From assembly GCA_012295275.1 (NCBI GenBank), contig CM022669.1:2666001-2730000 (forward strand): DNA of 64,000 bases, given 5' to 3'. The DNA is from Chrysomallon squamiferum. Taxonomy: Eukaryota > Animalia > Mollusca. The translations under genes were made by a program, and so were the position numbers. This document shows, in pieces, positions 63,403-64,000 of this stretch; the first letter of the stretch is position 1; every line of letters starts with the position of its first letter. Under the pieces are notes generated by a model. It had not been told where the DNA came from and did no database searches. It saw nothing but the letters and a program-made list of their open reading frames with translations.

Positions 63403-63425
63403 GATGTGTGGCCGACTGGTTAAGG
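63403..63425 (+). pseudogene. 5' fragment of a tRNA-Ser-like gene cut by a hAT insertion
   Basis: gatgtgTGGCCGACTGGTTAAGG versus TGGCCGAGTGGTTAAGG in the intact tRNA; immediately followed by a transposon end. Confidence 0.65.
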
Positions 63426-64000
63426 CAGTGGTTCTCAAACTTTTTGAAGTCGGTGCACACTTGAAATCTTACAAAAAATAGCGGGCACACTACACACAAA
63501 ATGCTAAGAAATGTAATTCAAAATGTAATAAAATACAGAAATAACTGAAAGAAGGGTATATACCCTTATTCATCATCTATTTTGAGCTGATGAGAAGTAT
63601 GAGCCTGACGTGGATAATGATAAATTCAATTCAATTTTTGCGATTACTAAAATTAAACATGCTAATAATATTTTTTTTCAGTAAACATTTAGGGATAATA
63701 ACTTCATTGAGAGATATAAGCATTTATGGGAAGGAAATAAATTTTATAATAATTGTCCAAATAAAAAACAAGAGGTAAAGCAATACTGATATCCAAAAAA
63801 TGTCATGTAGATATAAGTTTACTTTTAATAGATGCAACACTGAAGGCAAGATTTTAAAAATCAATACTAAAATAGATGACGATGAATATAGTTTTATATG
63901 GATGTTAATGGCAGGAGAATTAAGGAAATTTTAGATCCTAAATTACATTTAGGCATTAGTAATAAAACTTTCAGTGTTTATAATTATATATTTGGCGATA
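63426..64000. mobile_element. One end of a hAT (Charlie-like) DNA transposon; the other end is not seen in the window
   Basis: Terminal CAGTGGTTCTCAAACTTTTT preceded by the 8-mer GGTTAAGG with central TA, as expected for a Charlie-type target-site duplication. Confidence 0.7.

Overview
AT-rich, intron-rich animal genomic DNA (invertebrate, possibly a mollusc or other lophotrochozoan; not determinable from sequence alone). The ORF track is mostly spurious, so gene models were built by hand from GT-AG junctions and reading-frame phase. From 5' to 3': (1) the 3' part of a GRAM-domain, single-transmembrane GRAMD2-like gene (+, 831-8749), with two candidate cassette exons among RBFOX/QKI motifs and a candidate alternative last exon at 11064; (2) a ~28 kb region with several minisatellites and a candidate orphan secreted-protein gene (-), whose signal-peptide exon (28628-28766) is phase-compatible with either an acidic or a strongly basic terminal exon; (3) a C15orf61 homolog (-), followed ~130 nt past its stop by an unexplained 93-aa membrane-protein ORF; (4) a complete 12-exon UBE2Q gene (-, 363 aa) with a FLYWCH/MULE remnant in intron 1; (5) an intact tRNA-Ser(AGA) gene head-to-head with UBE2Q, apparently the first unit of a decayed tRNA-Ser tandem array whose later copies are broken by Tx1-clade non-LTR retrotransposons and a hAT element, with Tigger and mariner-type MITEs nested inside. 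All models are predictions from sequence only.
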